DNA from: Campylobacteraceae bacterium
GTDB taxonomy: Bacteria; Campylobacterota; Campylobacteria; Campylobacterales; Sulfurovaceae
Direction of reading: 5' to 3'
Length of the DNA stretch: 64,000 nucleotides
Assembly (NCBI GenBank): GCA_027038275.1
Contig: JALVXC010000182.1
Coordinates: forward strand, 6,501 to 70,500
Positions 9,776 to 18,557 of the stretch are shown here, piece by piece; position 1 is the stretch's first letter; every line of letters begins with the position of its first letter. The position numbers and the translations under genes were made by a program. The notes beneath the pieces were generated by a model. It searched no databases, was not told the DNA's origin, and was given only the letters and a program-made list of their open reading frames with translations.

Positions 9776-11263
9776 ATGAAAGCTAAAAAAAATATAGAAT
9801 TACTAGATACCCCTCTTACAATTGAAGATTTCAAAAAAGAAAAAAGTTATAAAAAGCAAAAAGATTTTCGTTCTATAGAGACTCTATTTAGAAATGCATT
9901 ACGTTCTAATCTTGAACTTACATCATTAGCAGATGCAAAAGCCAATATACTTATTTCAATAAATGGTTTTATTTTAACTATTATTATTACAGCTTCTGGA
10001 TTATATTTAAATAATCCAAATATGATATATCCTTTTATTACAATTATGTTAACTGCTCTTGTCTCTATTGTTCTTGGAACTATGGCTATTCGTCCACGAG
10101 ATAAGAGACAATTTATAAAAAAAGAGCATCTTACACAATTTAACTCTATAGGCTACTTTCAAGATATGTCAGAGACATCTCCATATGAGTATCTTCAAAG
10201 AGTTAGAGCTATTTTAAAAGATAAAAAATCTATCCATGAACATATTATAAAACATATACATATCTTAGGTTTAGAAATTAAAGTAAAATATCTATGGCTA
10301 AAGAGAGCCTATACAGCTTTTGGAGTTGGTCTTAGTTTAAGTGCTATTTTAATGATTATTGCTCTATTTAAAAGTATTCCTATAACTCCTTCTACTAAAA
10401 ATCAATTTTTACATATTTATGAACCATCAGGAGCTGTATTACTTAACGATGGTAAAGTATTGTTAGTTGAAGATGAAAGTAGAGAGTCCCTAAAGTTAGT
10501 TAATATAAATAAAACTGGCTCAGTAGAAGAGTTAAATACTCCAATAATGAGTAAAGAGACAAAAAATATTTTTAAAAATAAAATAAGAGATTTAGAAGGA
10601 GTGACTTCTAATGGGTCATACTATATCTATGCGATTACCTCTCATAGCACAAATAAAAAACATAAACATAAAATTCCTAGAGAACAGATAGTACGATTTA
10701 GATATCATAACAAAAAAGTATCTCAAGTAAAACTATATCATGGTCTCTTGGATTCATTAAAATTACTTCACCCAAAATTTAAAAAATCCCTTTTTAAAAG
10801 AGAAAAAATATCGAGAAAAGAGGAGATAAATATTGAAGCACTAACTTGGGACAAAGAGAATAAAAATTTGCTTATTGGGTTAAGAGGTCCACTAATAAAT
10901 AACAAAGCTGTTATTGTTCCACTTAAAAATCCAGATGATATTTTTGATAAAAAAGAAAATCCTAAACTAGGTGAGCCTATTTTATTGGATTTAAAAGGTA
11001 ATGGAATTCGTGGAATGAGTTGGGATAATAATAGACAAGGATACTGGATTATAGCAGGAGATGTAGGAAAACGTAAAAAAGCATTCTCTTTATGGTTTTG
11101 GGATAAAAAGTATAATAAACTCTCTAAAAATAGAGAGATTACCAACATAGGTTTTGCTGAAGGTATAACCTATATAGATAACATTGGTATATTTATAGTT
11201 AGAGATGATGGTTCTGCTAAAAGAGGGCGTGGTGCAACTTATAATCTAATTAGGGAAAAGTAG
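9776..11263 (+). CDS. fusion protein: N-terminal Pycsar-effector-like (DUF5706) 3-TM domain + C-terminal DUF3616-like domain
   Basis: N-terminus: ETLFRNALRSNLELTSLADAKANILISINGFILTIIIT followed by two TM helices, a loop and a third TM. C-terminus: EPSGAV..DLEGVTS..ITSHS..NIEALTWD..LLIGLRGPL..A.IVPLKNP, reminiscent of DUF3616. Confidence 0.45.
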   Translation: MKAKKNIELLDTPLTIEDFKKEKSYKKQKDFRSIETLFRNALRSNLELTSLADAKANILISINGFILTIIITASGLYLNNPNMIYPFITIMLTALVSIVLGTMAIRPRDKRQFIKKEHLTQFNSIGYFQDMSETSPYEYLQRVRAILKDKKSIHEHIIKHIHILGLEIKVKYLWLKRAYTAFGVGLSLSAILMIIALFKSIPITPSTKNQFLHIYEPSGAVLLNDGKVLLVEDESRESLKLVNINKTGSVEELNTPIMSKETKNIFKNKIRDLEGVTSNGSYYIYAITSHSTNKKHKHKIPREQIVRFRYHNKKVSQVKLYHGLLDSLKLLHPKFKKSLFKREKISRKEEINIEALTWDKENKNLLIGLRGPLINNKAVIVPLKNPDDIFDKKENPKLGEPILLDLKGNGIRGMSWDNNRQGYWIIAGDVGKRKKAFSLWFWDKKYNKLSKNREITNIGFAEGITYIDNIGIFIVRDDGSAKRGRGATYNLIREK

Positions 11264-12367
11264 ATGAAATTATTAATTATAGTACTTACCTTAACTATAT
11301 TTGTTCAAGGAGCAAAAGAGAAAATAGGTGGAGAAATAGTTTTTGATAAAACTAATATAACAGGAGATGATTGTAGCACTCATGGTAGAGAGATACGTCG
11401 TGCAAGACTATATCTAAAAGGTAAAAACTCATCTAAATTTGTATATGAAATTGAGTATAGCTTTACAGGTAAAAACGAGTGGAAAGATGTATATATTAAA
11501 TATAATCCATTAAATAATTTAGGTATAGAAGTAGGAAATATAAAAGAGCCTATAGGATTAGAAAATTTAACTAGTTCTAAAAACTCTACTTTTATGGAAC
11601 ATTCTCTAATAGATACCTTTATGCAAAGCAGAAAACTTGGTATATTAATAGAGGGTAACTATGTAAAAGGAGAAGATAAAGGAACTATATCTTTAGGTAT
11701 ATTTGGTAAATCATTAGATAAACTTTTAAAAAAGAAGAGAGATGGAACCTCTATAATTGGACGCTTAACTTATGCTCTTATAAAGGCAAAAGATGATATT
11801 ATTCATCTTGGACTATCTACAGGTACTACCAAATATAATCATAAATCTATCAAATTCTCTACAAATGCAGGTACACATATATATAATGGATCACTAATAA
11901 AAAATAAAATAAAAAATACAAATAAAATAAAGAGATTTAGTTCAGAAGTAGCAATAGTAAAAGGCTCTTTCTCTTTTCAAGGTGAATATATGGCTACTAC
12001 AGCCTCTGATAATAGAAATAACTATAGTTTTAATGGATGGTACGGAGAGGTTAGTTGGTTTGCTACAGGAGAACATAAAAAATATAAAATTAAATCGGCT
12101 AAGTTTTCACGAATAAAAATTAAAAAACCTTTTAAAAAAGGAATCAATGGATACTGGGGTGCATTGGAAATAGCCTCAAGAATTAGCAAAATTGACCTAA
12201 GCAATAAAGATAAAACTGGTGGAGAAGAGACTGATTTAACTTTAGGAATTAACTATTATCCTCAAAAAAATATTAAATTAATGGCAAACTATACTTTTTC
12301 AGAAGTAAATAAACCTAAAGCTATAAAAGAAAAGGTTATTGCAGTTAGAGGAATATATATTTTTTAA
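11264..12367 (+). CDS. phosphate-selective porin O/P family outer-membrane protein
   Basis: Signal peptide, RRARLYLKG motif, alternating beta-strand pattern and C-terminal aromatic end (GIYIF). The ATG directly abuts the upstream stop (TAGATG). Confidence 0.6.
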   Translation: MKLLIIVLTLTIFVQGAKEKIGGEIVFDKTNITGDDCSTHGREIRRARLYLKGKNSSKFVYEIEYSFTGKNEWKDVYIKYNPLNNLGIEVGNIKEPIGLENLTSSKNSTFMEHSLIDTFMQSRKLGILIEGNYVKGEDKGTISLGIFGKSLDKLLKKKRDGTSIIGRLTYALIKAKDDIIHLGLSTGTTKYNHKSIKFSTNAGTHIYNGSLIKNKIKNTNKIKRFSSEVAIVKGSFSFQGEYMATTASDNRNNYSFNGWYGEVSWFATGEHKKYKIKSAKFSRIKIKKPFKKGINGYWGALEIASRISKIDLSNKDKTGGEETDLTLGINYYPQKNIKLMANYTFSEVNKPKAIKEKVIAVRGIYIF

Positions 12368-12874
12368 CTAAACCTTTTTTGTAAGAATCTTATAGATAAT
12401 AAATCCAAAAAAAAGTGTAATTCCAATAGAGAAATATATAGGAATAGACTTGGTTATAACAAAAGTTACTATCAAAATAGCAAACAGAGTTGGCACTTCA
12501 TTATAGGCTCTAAAAAACTGCCCATTTTTACTACACTTGTCTTGCTCTAAAATCTTTCTAAAATACTCTAGTGAAAAGCTATATGCTATCATTAAGACCA
12601 ATACAACCAATTTAGCAATCATCCAAGAGTTATCTAAAAGTGATGGGTTAATGTAGATAAGTGTAGCTCCACTTAATATGGTTGCCCACATAGCAGGTAG
12701 ACCTATAACTTTATATATTTTCTCCTCTTGAATCTTGACTACATCGGTAAAATCTTTTTTATCTTTATGCTCTTGATGGTAAACAAAAAGACGAGGCATA
12801 TAAAAGAGCATACTCATCCACGATAAAACTGCAATAATATGAAATGCTAAAATTTCTAAATAATATTGTCCCAT
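12368..12874 (-). CDS. hemJ: protoporphyrinogen IX oxidase HemJ (CopD-like/UPF0093)
   Basis: 168 aa with 4-5 TM helices. The N-terminus LEILAFHIIAVLSWMSMLFYMPRLFVYH is characteristic of HemJ. Confidence 0.7.
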   Translation of the reverse strand: MGQYYLEILAFHIIAVLSWMSMLFYMPRLFVYHQEHKDKKDFTDVVKIQEEKIYKVIGLPAMWATILSGATLIYINPSLLDNSWMIAKLVVLVLMIAYSFSLEYFRKILEQDKCSKNGQFFRAYNEVPTLFAILIVTFVITKSIPIYFSIGITLFFGFIIYKILTKKV

Positions 12875-12877
12875 TTT

Positions 12878-14176
12878 TTAATCCTTTAATTTAAATGGGG
12901 TATCATATCTTTTTTCTATCTCAAAATCAACAATTTCATATCTACCTTTAAAAAAGCTTCGTCCATAGACCATAATATCATAGCTTCTTCCAAGCTTTAA
13001 CATCTCTTTAGTTCCATATATGACTATACGCTCCTTTGAACCATCTTTTCCTATAATAGCTCTATTCTTAGATATAGAAAAGATTTTTACTTTTGTAAGA
13101 TATAAAGGTAGATAGACCTCTCTCTTCTGTAAATCTTCAATAGTTCCCTTTTTTGCTCTTAAAGATACTATTCTATAGGGCTTATTTGTTGAAAAAGTCG
13201 CAAACACAGGTAGATGGTCAGAGTAACCTTTGCCTAGATGTCTATTGTTTCTATAGACCCAACGGTAGATATACCCTTTTTTATGAAAGAGATAGCTCTT
13301 TTTTAAGACCTTAAAACTATGAGAAACATACTCTAAACCTTTACCATCAAAAAGAGTATATGGAAGTAAAATAGCATCTAAAGCCTCTTTGTCTCCATAG
13401 AAGTTATGACTCCACCGTCTATAGTTTGGTAGTTCTAACCAAAGATTATAATGAAAAAAATAATTAGGCTTAAGAGTGGCTACCCTTACCATTTTTCCAG
13501 AACTATCTGTAGTTTGTAAAATATGATTCAAGCCTGTTCTTCCATCTCTATTGTTGTGTTTTTTCTCTATATGTAGATACTCATCATAATCTGCATTAAA
13601 ATCACCCAATAATATATACTCACTCCCTTTAGGTAACGCTTTAAGCCTATCTCTTAAAGCTTTAGCTGAACGTATACGATAGCTTTCAGGAGAAGATTTT
13701 GATTTCCAATGGTTTACATAGACCCAAAAAGGTTGTCTGTCGACCATAAATTTAACCTCTAAAATAGGGCGAAATCCAAGCTTTCTGTTAACTACTATCT
13801 CTTTTGCATTAACAATAGGAATTTTTGAAAGAAGTGCCACTTGTATAGCAGAGTTTTTTTTATGAGTAATGGCTAAGTATTTGTAGTGACACCCTATTTT
13901 ACGAAGAGTTTTTTGCAAAAGCTTTAAAACATGCTCATTCTCAACCTCTTGTAGACCTATAATATCTGCATTTACATCACATATAACCTCTGCACTGTTA
14001 AGTAGCTTTTTTTTTAATGTTTTTTGATTCCAATTGTGTCTATAGGGGATATACTCTCTGTACTCTGCACCATCTTTTTTTAGGTCAAAGAGGTTTTCGA
14101 CATTGTAGGAGGCTATTTTTAAATCAGTTGCACATAGCAAAACAGAGAGTAGAATCATAAAATATAGTCTAAACAT
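12878..14176 (-). CDS. secreted endonuclease/exonuclease/phosphatase (EEP) family nuclease
   Basis: Signal peptide, LKIASYNVENLFD, IIGLQEVEN, LLGDFNA and SDHLPV motifs of the EEP fold. Confidence 0.75.
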   Translation of the reverse strand: MFRLYFMILLSVLLCATDLKIASYNVENLFDLKKDGAEYREYIPYRHNWNQKTLKKKLLNSAEVICDVNADIIGLQEVENEHVLKLLQKTLRKIGCHYKYLAITHKKNSAIQVALLSKIPIVNAKEIVVNRKLGFRPILEVKFMVDRQPFWVYVNHWKSKSSPESYRIRSAKALRDRLKALPKGSEYILLGDFNADYDEYLHIEKKHNNRDGRTGLNHILQTTDSSGKMVRVATLKPNYFFHYNLWLELPNYRRWSHNFYGDKEALDAILLPYTLFDGKGLEYVSHSFKVLKKSYLFHKKGYIYRWVYRNNRHLGKGYSDHLPVFATFSTNKPYRIVSLRAKKGTIEDLQKREVYLPLYLTKVKIFSISKNRAIIGKDGSKERIVIYGTKEMLKLGRSYDIMVYGRSFFKGRYEIVDFEIEKRYDTPFKLKD

Positions 14177-14519
14177 ACAAACACCATCTCCAATCGTCTC
14201 TTTATACTGTGCATAATCCTGCCTTCATTTAAGGGATACAATGTCCTTTTAATGGTTATTTTGATAATTAACAGAAAAAAAAGGAACATTTGTTATTTAA
14301 GTATTTTAACTTAAAATGTTTAAAAATGTTTTTTATAAATTAACAGACATTTTATTTTTCTGTTATTTTATATTTTTTAGGGTATTTTTAATATAGTGTT
14401 CCTTGAATAAATAGTTGCCTCGGACGCTTTGCTTACTGAGGCAATGCTAAGTTCTTATTTAATACCAAATTAAATCTAAATTTGATACAATATAGAATCT
14501 TATTTAAAAGGTAGATTCA

Positions 14520-14792
14520 ATGTATTTAAGTCAAGATATAAAACCAATTAGTTACTTAAAAGCAAAAACAGCCGATGTAATAAATAGTGTAAATGAAAAT
14601 CAAAGAACAATAATTATAACACAAAACGGTGAGGCAAAAGCAGTTGTTCAAGATATTAAAAGTTATGAAAATTTACAAAACTCTTTGAATCTATTGAAAT
14701 TAATCGTTCAAAGTGAAGATGATATTGAAAAAGGTAATATCATAAAACAAGAAGAGATGTTTGATAATTTAGAACAAAAATTATTTGGATAA
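14520..14792 (+). CDS. type II antitoxin, Phd/YefM family
   Basis: 90 aa. ISYLKAKTADVINSVNENQRTIIITQNGEAKAVVQDIKSYENLQ is a classic Phd/YefM N-terminal fold. Confidence 0.8.
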   Translation: MYLSQDIKPISYLKAKTADVINSVNENQRTIIITQNGEAKAVVQDIKSYENLQNSLNLLKLIVQSEDDIEKGNIIKQEEMFDNLEQKLFG

Positions 14793-14797
14793 GCTCA

Positions 14798-15127
14798 ATG
14801 AAGCAATTTGAAGTAATATGGACAAAAAATGCTGAATTTGATTTAGAACAAATTATTGAATATATTAAAATTGATAGTCAAGATGTGGCAAAAAAGATTT
14901 TTTTTGAAATAAAAAAAGAGTGTGAGAATTTATATTATTTTCCAAGGAGAAAACGAATTGTACCTGAGTTGCAACAAATTGGTATTTTAAAATATAGAGA
15001 AATTATCTATAAAAGATGGAGAATAATATATAAAATTGATAATACAAAAGTTTATGTTTTGTTAGTAGTAGATTCGAATAGAAATTTGGAAGATATACTA
15101 TTTCAAAGACTAATCGATATGAAATGA
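14798..15127 (+). CDS. type II toxin, RelE/ParE family
   Basis: 109 aa, 5 nt downstream of the antitoxin. WTKNAEFDLEQIIEYI and the YR..Y.I.....V.VL..VD pattern are typical of ParE/RelE. Confidence 0.75.
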   Translation: MKQFEVIWTKNAEFDLEQIIEYIKIDSQDVAKKIFFEIKKECENLYYFPRRKRIVPELQQIGILKYREIIYKRWRIIYKIDNTKVYVLLVVDSNRNLEDILFQRLIDMK

Positions 15128-15140
15128 TAACAAATCATAG

Positions 15141-15178
15141 GAGGGGAATATTTGACCTTGGGGTCAAATATTCCTCTC
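15141..15178. terminator. 17-bp hairpin (one G-T pair) in a convergent gap; likely bidirectional terminator
   Basis: GAGGGGAATATTTGACC-TTGG-GGTCAAATATTCCTCTC lies between the ParE-like stop (15127) and the YidB-like stop (15187). Confidence 0.55.
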
Positions 15179-15186
15179 TTCAACCG

Positions 15187-15633
15187 TCATCTAAACATCT
15201 TCCCAAGCATATCCATAGCACCCTCAGCACCACCTATCTTCTCAAGCATACTATCTACAAGAGAGTTGTCACCAGATGTTGCTTGGTCAACTAAATTTGG
15301 TAGAGCATCTGCCAATGCACCCTTTGCAGACTCTTCACTTAGACCTAAGTTTGAAGCAAACTCAGAAATTTTATCTGTACCCAATAGGTCGGTAATAGAG
15401 TCCATAGAGATAGGCTTATTTTCACCATTTCCTAGCCATGAACCAACAATCTCACTAAGCCCCTCACCATTTGTCATATTTGAGACAATAGAGCTAAGGT
15501 CTAAACCATTCTCTCCACCAAGTAGAGAACCTAATGCATTAGTAATGCTATCAGAATCAAGACCTGTTGTTGCATCATCACTATTTCCCTGAATAATATC
15601 TGCTCCCATTTTTAGTAACTCTGTTAAATCCAT
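15187..15633 (-). CDS. YidB family protein (DUF937)
   Basis: 148 aa, Gly/Ser/Asp-rich, with LGSLLGG...GSWLGNGEN...ALADALPNLVDQ motifs typical of DUF937. Confidence 0.7.
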   Translation of the reverse strand: MDLTELLKMGADIIQGNSDDATTGLDSDSITNALGSLLGGENGLDLSSIVSNMTNGEGLSEIVGSWLGNGENKPISMDSITDLLGTDKISEFASNLGLSEESAKGALADALPNLVDQATSGDNSLVDSMLEKIGGAEGAMDMLGKMFR

Positions 15634-15680
15634 TGTTTATCCTTGTTTATTTAAATGGAAATAGTATATCTAAAAATATA

Positions 15681-16526
15681 TTAGATAAGTTTTATTCCTT
15701 GCTCATTAGAAGCTATCTTTTTTGCACTAATTAGAGAGGTTAATGAGCGTTTAAAGTTCTTTTTACTCATAGAGAAAGTTTTCATTATCTCATCTGCTTC
15801 ACTTTTTGAATTAAAAGGCATTACTCCTCCACTCTCTTCTAAAACTTTTAAGAGCTTATCTTCAAAAATATTAGCAGTAACTTTTTTACCAATAGGCTGT
15901 AGAGATAGGTCAAGTTTTCCATCATTACGAATCTTTTTAACATAGGCAACTTTTTTGTCACCCACTTTGAGTTGCTCAAAAATCTCATTTTCAAAAAGCA
16001 TTCCTTCATACTTGTTCTCTACAACAACTTTAAATCCAAGAGGGGTCTTAGAGATAACAAAAACATTCACCTTTTGATTTTTTTCTAAATCTGTAGGCTC
16101 ATAAGAGAGCCATTTTCCAATTTTGTGTGTTCCATAGAGTCGTCCTGTTTCAACGTCTAAACAGACTCTTAAGATATATTTAGAACCAATATGAAAATGA
16201 CACTTTTGTTGAGAGAGAGGAACAAATAAATCTTTTGGAAGCCCCCAATTAACAAATGCTCCATACTGTTTATAGTCAACAACAGTAAAGTATCCAAACT
16301 CTCCCAACTTAGCATAAGGCATTTTAGTTGTAGCTACTGGTCTATCTTCGGAGTCGGTATAGACAAAGACCTCTATCTCAGAGCCTATAGGCATCTCATC
16401 TTCCATAACATAGACATTTGGCAGGAGAACCTCTTCAAAATTTTCGGCTCTTAAGTAGAGTCCGTAGTCGGTATCACGCTCAACACGAAGAGTGTTTATC
16501 TCTCCAATGGCAATAGTTAAATTCAA
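15681..16526 (-). CDS. S1-domain RNA-binding protein, CvfB/YitL family
   Basis: 281 aa with repeated S1-like barrels (GEINTLRVERDTDYGLYL; FGYFTVVDYKQYGAFVNWG) and a C-terminal winged-helix-like tail. Confidence 0.7.
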   Translation of the reverse strand: MNLTIAIGEINTLRVERDTDYGLYLRAENFEEVLLPNVYVMEDEMPIGSEIEVFVYTDSEDRPVATTKMPYAKLGEFGYFTVVDYKQYGAFVNWGLPKDLFVPLSQQKCHFHIGSKYILRVCLDVETGRLYGTHKIGKWLSYEPTDLEKNQKVNVFVISKTPLGFKVVVENKYEGMLFENEIFEQLKVGDKKVAYVKKIRNDGKLDLSLQPIGKKVTANIFEDKLLKVLEESGGVMPFNSKSEADEIMKTFSMSKKNFKRSLTSLISAKKIASNEQGIKLI

Positions 16527-16528
16527 AT

Positions 16529-18307
16529 CTACATACTCTTTAAGTGTTTAGTAAACTTTTTAGCATCTATAAACCCAGAGAGTGTCTTTTTAGGAAGAAG
16601 TTTATTATCTTTGTCAAAAAAGATAATATTTGGAGTTCCAAAAATATTATAGTATTTCATTAGTGCTTGTTCGTCTTTTGTATTGTCTGTTACGTCAATA
16701 GTAATAAAAGTAAAACGCTCTAACTCTTTTTTAACAGCTTTATCAGGAAAAGTATCACGTTCAAGCTCATCACAAGAGGCACAAGACTTCTTTCTAAAAT
16801 CAACTATAACAGGTTTTTTTGACAAAGCAATTTCCGATTTAAGCTTCTCAATAGAGTAACCTTTTCCTGCAATATGCTCTGTAGCTTTTATGCTATTAGC
16901 AGAGGAGACTACTTTAGTAGCTGTAAACTTCTCTAATGGGTTAAATACAGATTTTGCACCTGTTAGATACCCTACAAATAGCAATGAACCATAAATTAAA
17001 AAGATAAATGCCAATAGACTAAATAGCTTACTCATACCTTTTCGTGCTGAAGAGTCATTAAATACACCCATATAAAATGCTGTTCCCATAAAGAGAAGCG
17101 ACCACAATAACATGGTTTTCTCTGGAGATATAACTTTACCAAGCATAAAGATGGAGAGTCCTAACATTACTACACCAAAGGTTTGAGATACAGCTGTCAT
17201 CCAACCTCCTGGTCTTGGCATAAATTTACCTGCTCCTGCACCAACAAGAAGAAGAGGTAACCCCATTCCTATACTCATTGCAAATAGTGCTGCTCCACCC
17301 AAAAATGGACTACCTGAATGAGAGATAAAGATAACAGCTCCAGCTAAAGGAGGAGCAACACATGGCCCAATAATAAAGGCTGACAAGAAGCCCATAATAG
17401 CTGTTCCAATGATTCCACTTCCTTGTGCCTCATCACTAATAGAGTTTATTTTAGATTGCCAAGATGCAGGGAGTTGAATCTCATAGTAACCAAAAAGAGA
17501 GAGTGCAAGAGCAAAGAACATCACAGCAAAAAGGGTAAGTACCCAAGGGTTTTGCATTGCACCTTGAATATCTGCACCCAACATTCCAGATATAACACCT
17601 ACTATAGTGTAAGTAATTGCCATAGATAAAACATAAACTAAAGAGACCATAAAGCCTTTAAATGCACTTGGCTCTTCATCTTCTGATTGTTGCGAGACAA
17701 TAATAGATGATAAGATTGGAATCATAGGGAAGATACATGGTGTTAAAGCTAAAAGAAGCCCCATAATTAAAAAGAGGAAAATAACAAAAAATGAACTCTC
17801 ATGTACAAGAATGTCAACTATTGCCATTGGATTAGCTTCATCAAGAGCATTAGCTATTTTATCCCAAGTACCTGTAGGATTTGGATTACCTTTAAATTTA
17901 AAGGTTCGACTTTGAGGAGGATAACATACTCCTCCCGCCTCCTTTTCTGCACAACCAGTAAAGTTAATAGCTAATGTATAATCATCTGAAGTTATAGAGT
18001 AAATCTCTTTTAGTGGTATCTTAAATGAAATTTCATGTTCATACACCATATCATCATCAAACTCACGTGTTGCTTTAGGAAACTTAACATTAAGTTCTTC
18101 TTTTTCAGGTGATACAATAAAAACCTTTAAGCTTTTGGTACTAATATGAACCTTATCTAAAATCGTAATCTTAGCTTCAATATTTTCACCTTTTTGAGTT
18201 GCTGTTACTTTAAATGCTTTATCAGCTAATATAGGATTATTTTTAACATTGCCAAATCCTGCATAAATAAATGTGGTAACAAGTAGGAGTAATTTTAAAA
18301 ACTTCAT
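16529..18307 (-). CDS. dsbD: protein-disulfide reductase DsbD
   Basis: 592 aa. It has an N-terminal periplasmic domain, a central multi-TM core with LTPCIFPMIP and GPCVAPP motifs, and a C-terminal thioredoxin CASC. Confidence 0.85.
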   Translation of the reverse strand: MKFLKLLLLVTTFIYAGFGNVKNNPILADKAFKVTATQKGENIEAKITILDKVHISTKSLKVFIVSPEKEELNVKFPKATREFDDDMVYEHEISFKIPLKEIYSITSDDYTLAINFTGCAEKEAGGVCYPPQSRTFKFKGNPNPTGTWDKIANALDEANPMAIVDILVHESSFFVIFLFLIMGLLLALTPCIFPMIPILSSIIVSQQSEDEEPSAFKGFMVSLVYVLSMAITYTIVGVISGMLGADIQGAMQNPWVLTLFAVMFFALALSLFGYYEIQLPASWQSKINSISDEAQGSGIIGTAIMGFLSAFIIGPCVAPPLAGAVIFISHSGSPFLGGAALFAMSIGMGLPLLLVGAGAGKFMPRPGGWMTAVSQTFGVVMLGLSIFMLGKVISPEKTMLLWSLLFMGTAFYMGVFNDSSARKGMSKLFSLLAFIFLIYGSLLFVGYLTGAKSVFNPLEKFTATKVVSSANSIKATEHIAGKGYSIEKLKSEIALSKKPVIVDFRKKSCASCDELERDTFPDKAVKKELERFTFITIDVTDNTKDEQALMKYYNIFGTPNIIFFDKDNKLLPKKTLSGFIDAKKFTKHLKSM

Positions 18308-18557
18308 TCTTCTTTTATCCCTTTTTTAATGTAAAGATAATACTATCATAAAACTAGTAATTAAGTATACACTGTTTTACGTTTACAATATGTGTATTAC
18401 TATATCAAAAATATATAAATAAAACTCTTTATTAGTCTAAAAATAGAGTAGTAAAAAAAGAAAAAAAAGAAAAAGTGTTTTTTTTTGTTGTTTTTTGTTG
18501 CAAGACAGCTAAATACAATACTTTTAAAAAACTTTTATTAACAAAAAAGAGGAAAAA

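Noticed and set aside
14415-14444. Hairpin TTGCCTC-N16-GAGGCAA as a small-RNA terminator
   Set aside because: It lies between divergent genes with no upstream transcript to terminate. The loop is long (16 nt) and there is no U-tract. It is kept only as a possible operator or structural element in the TA leader.
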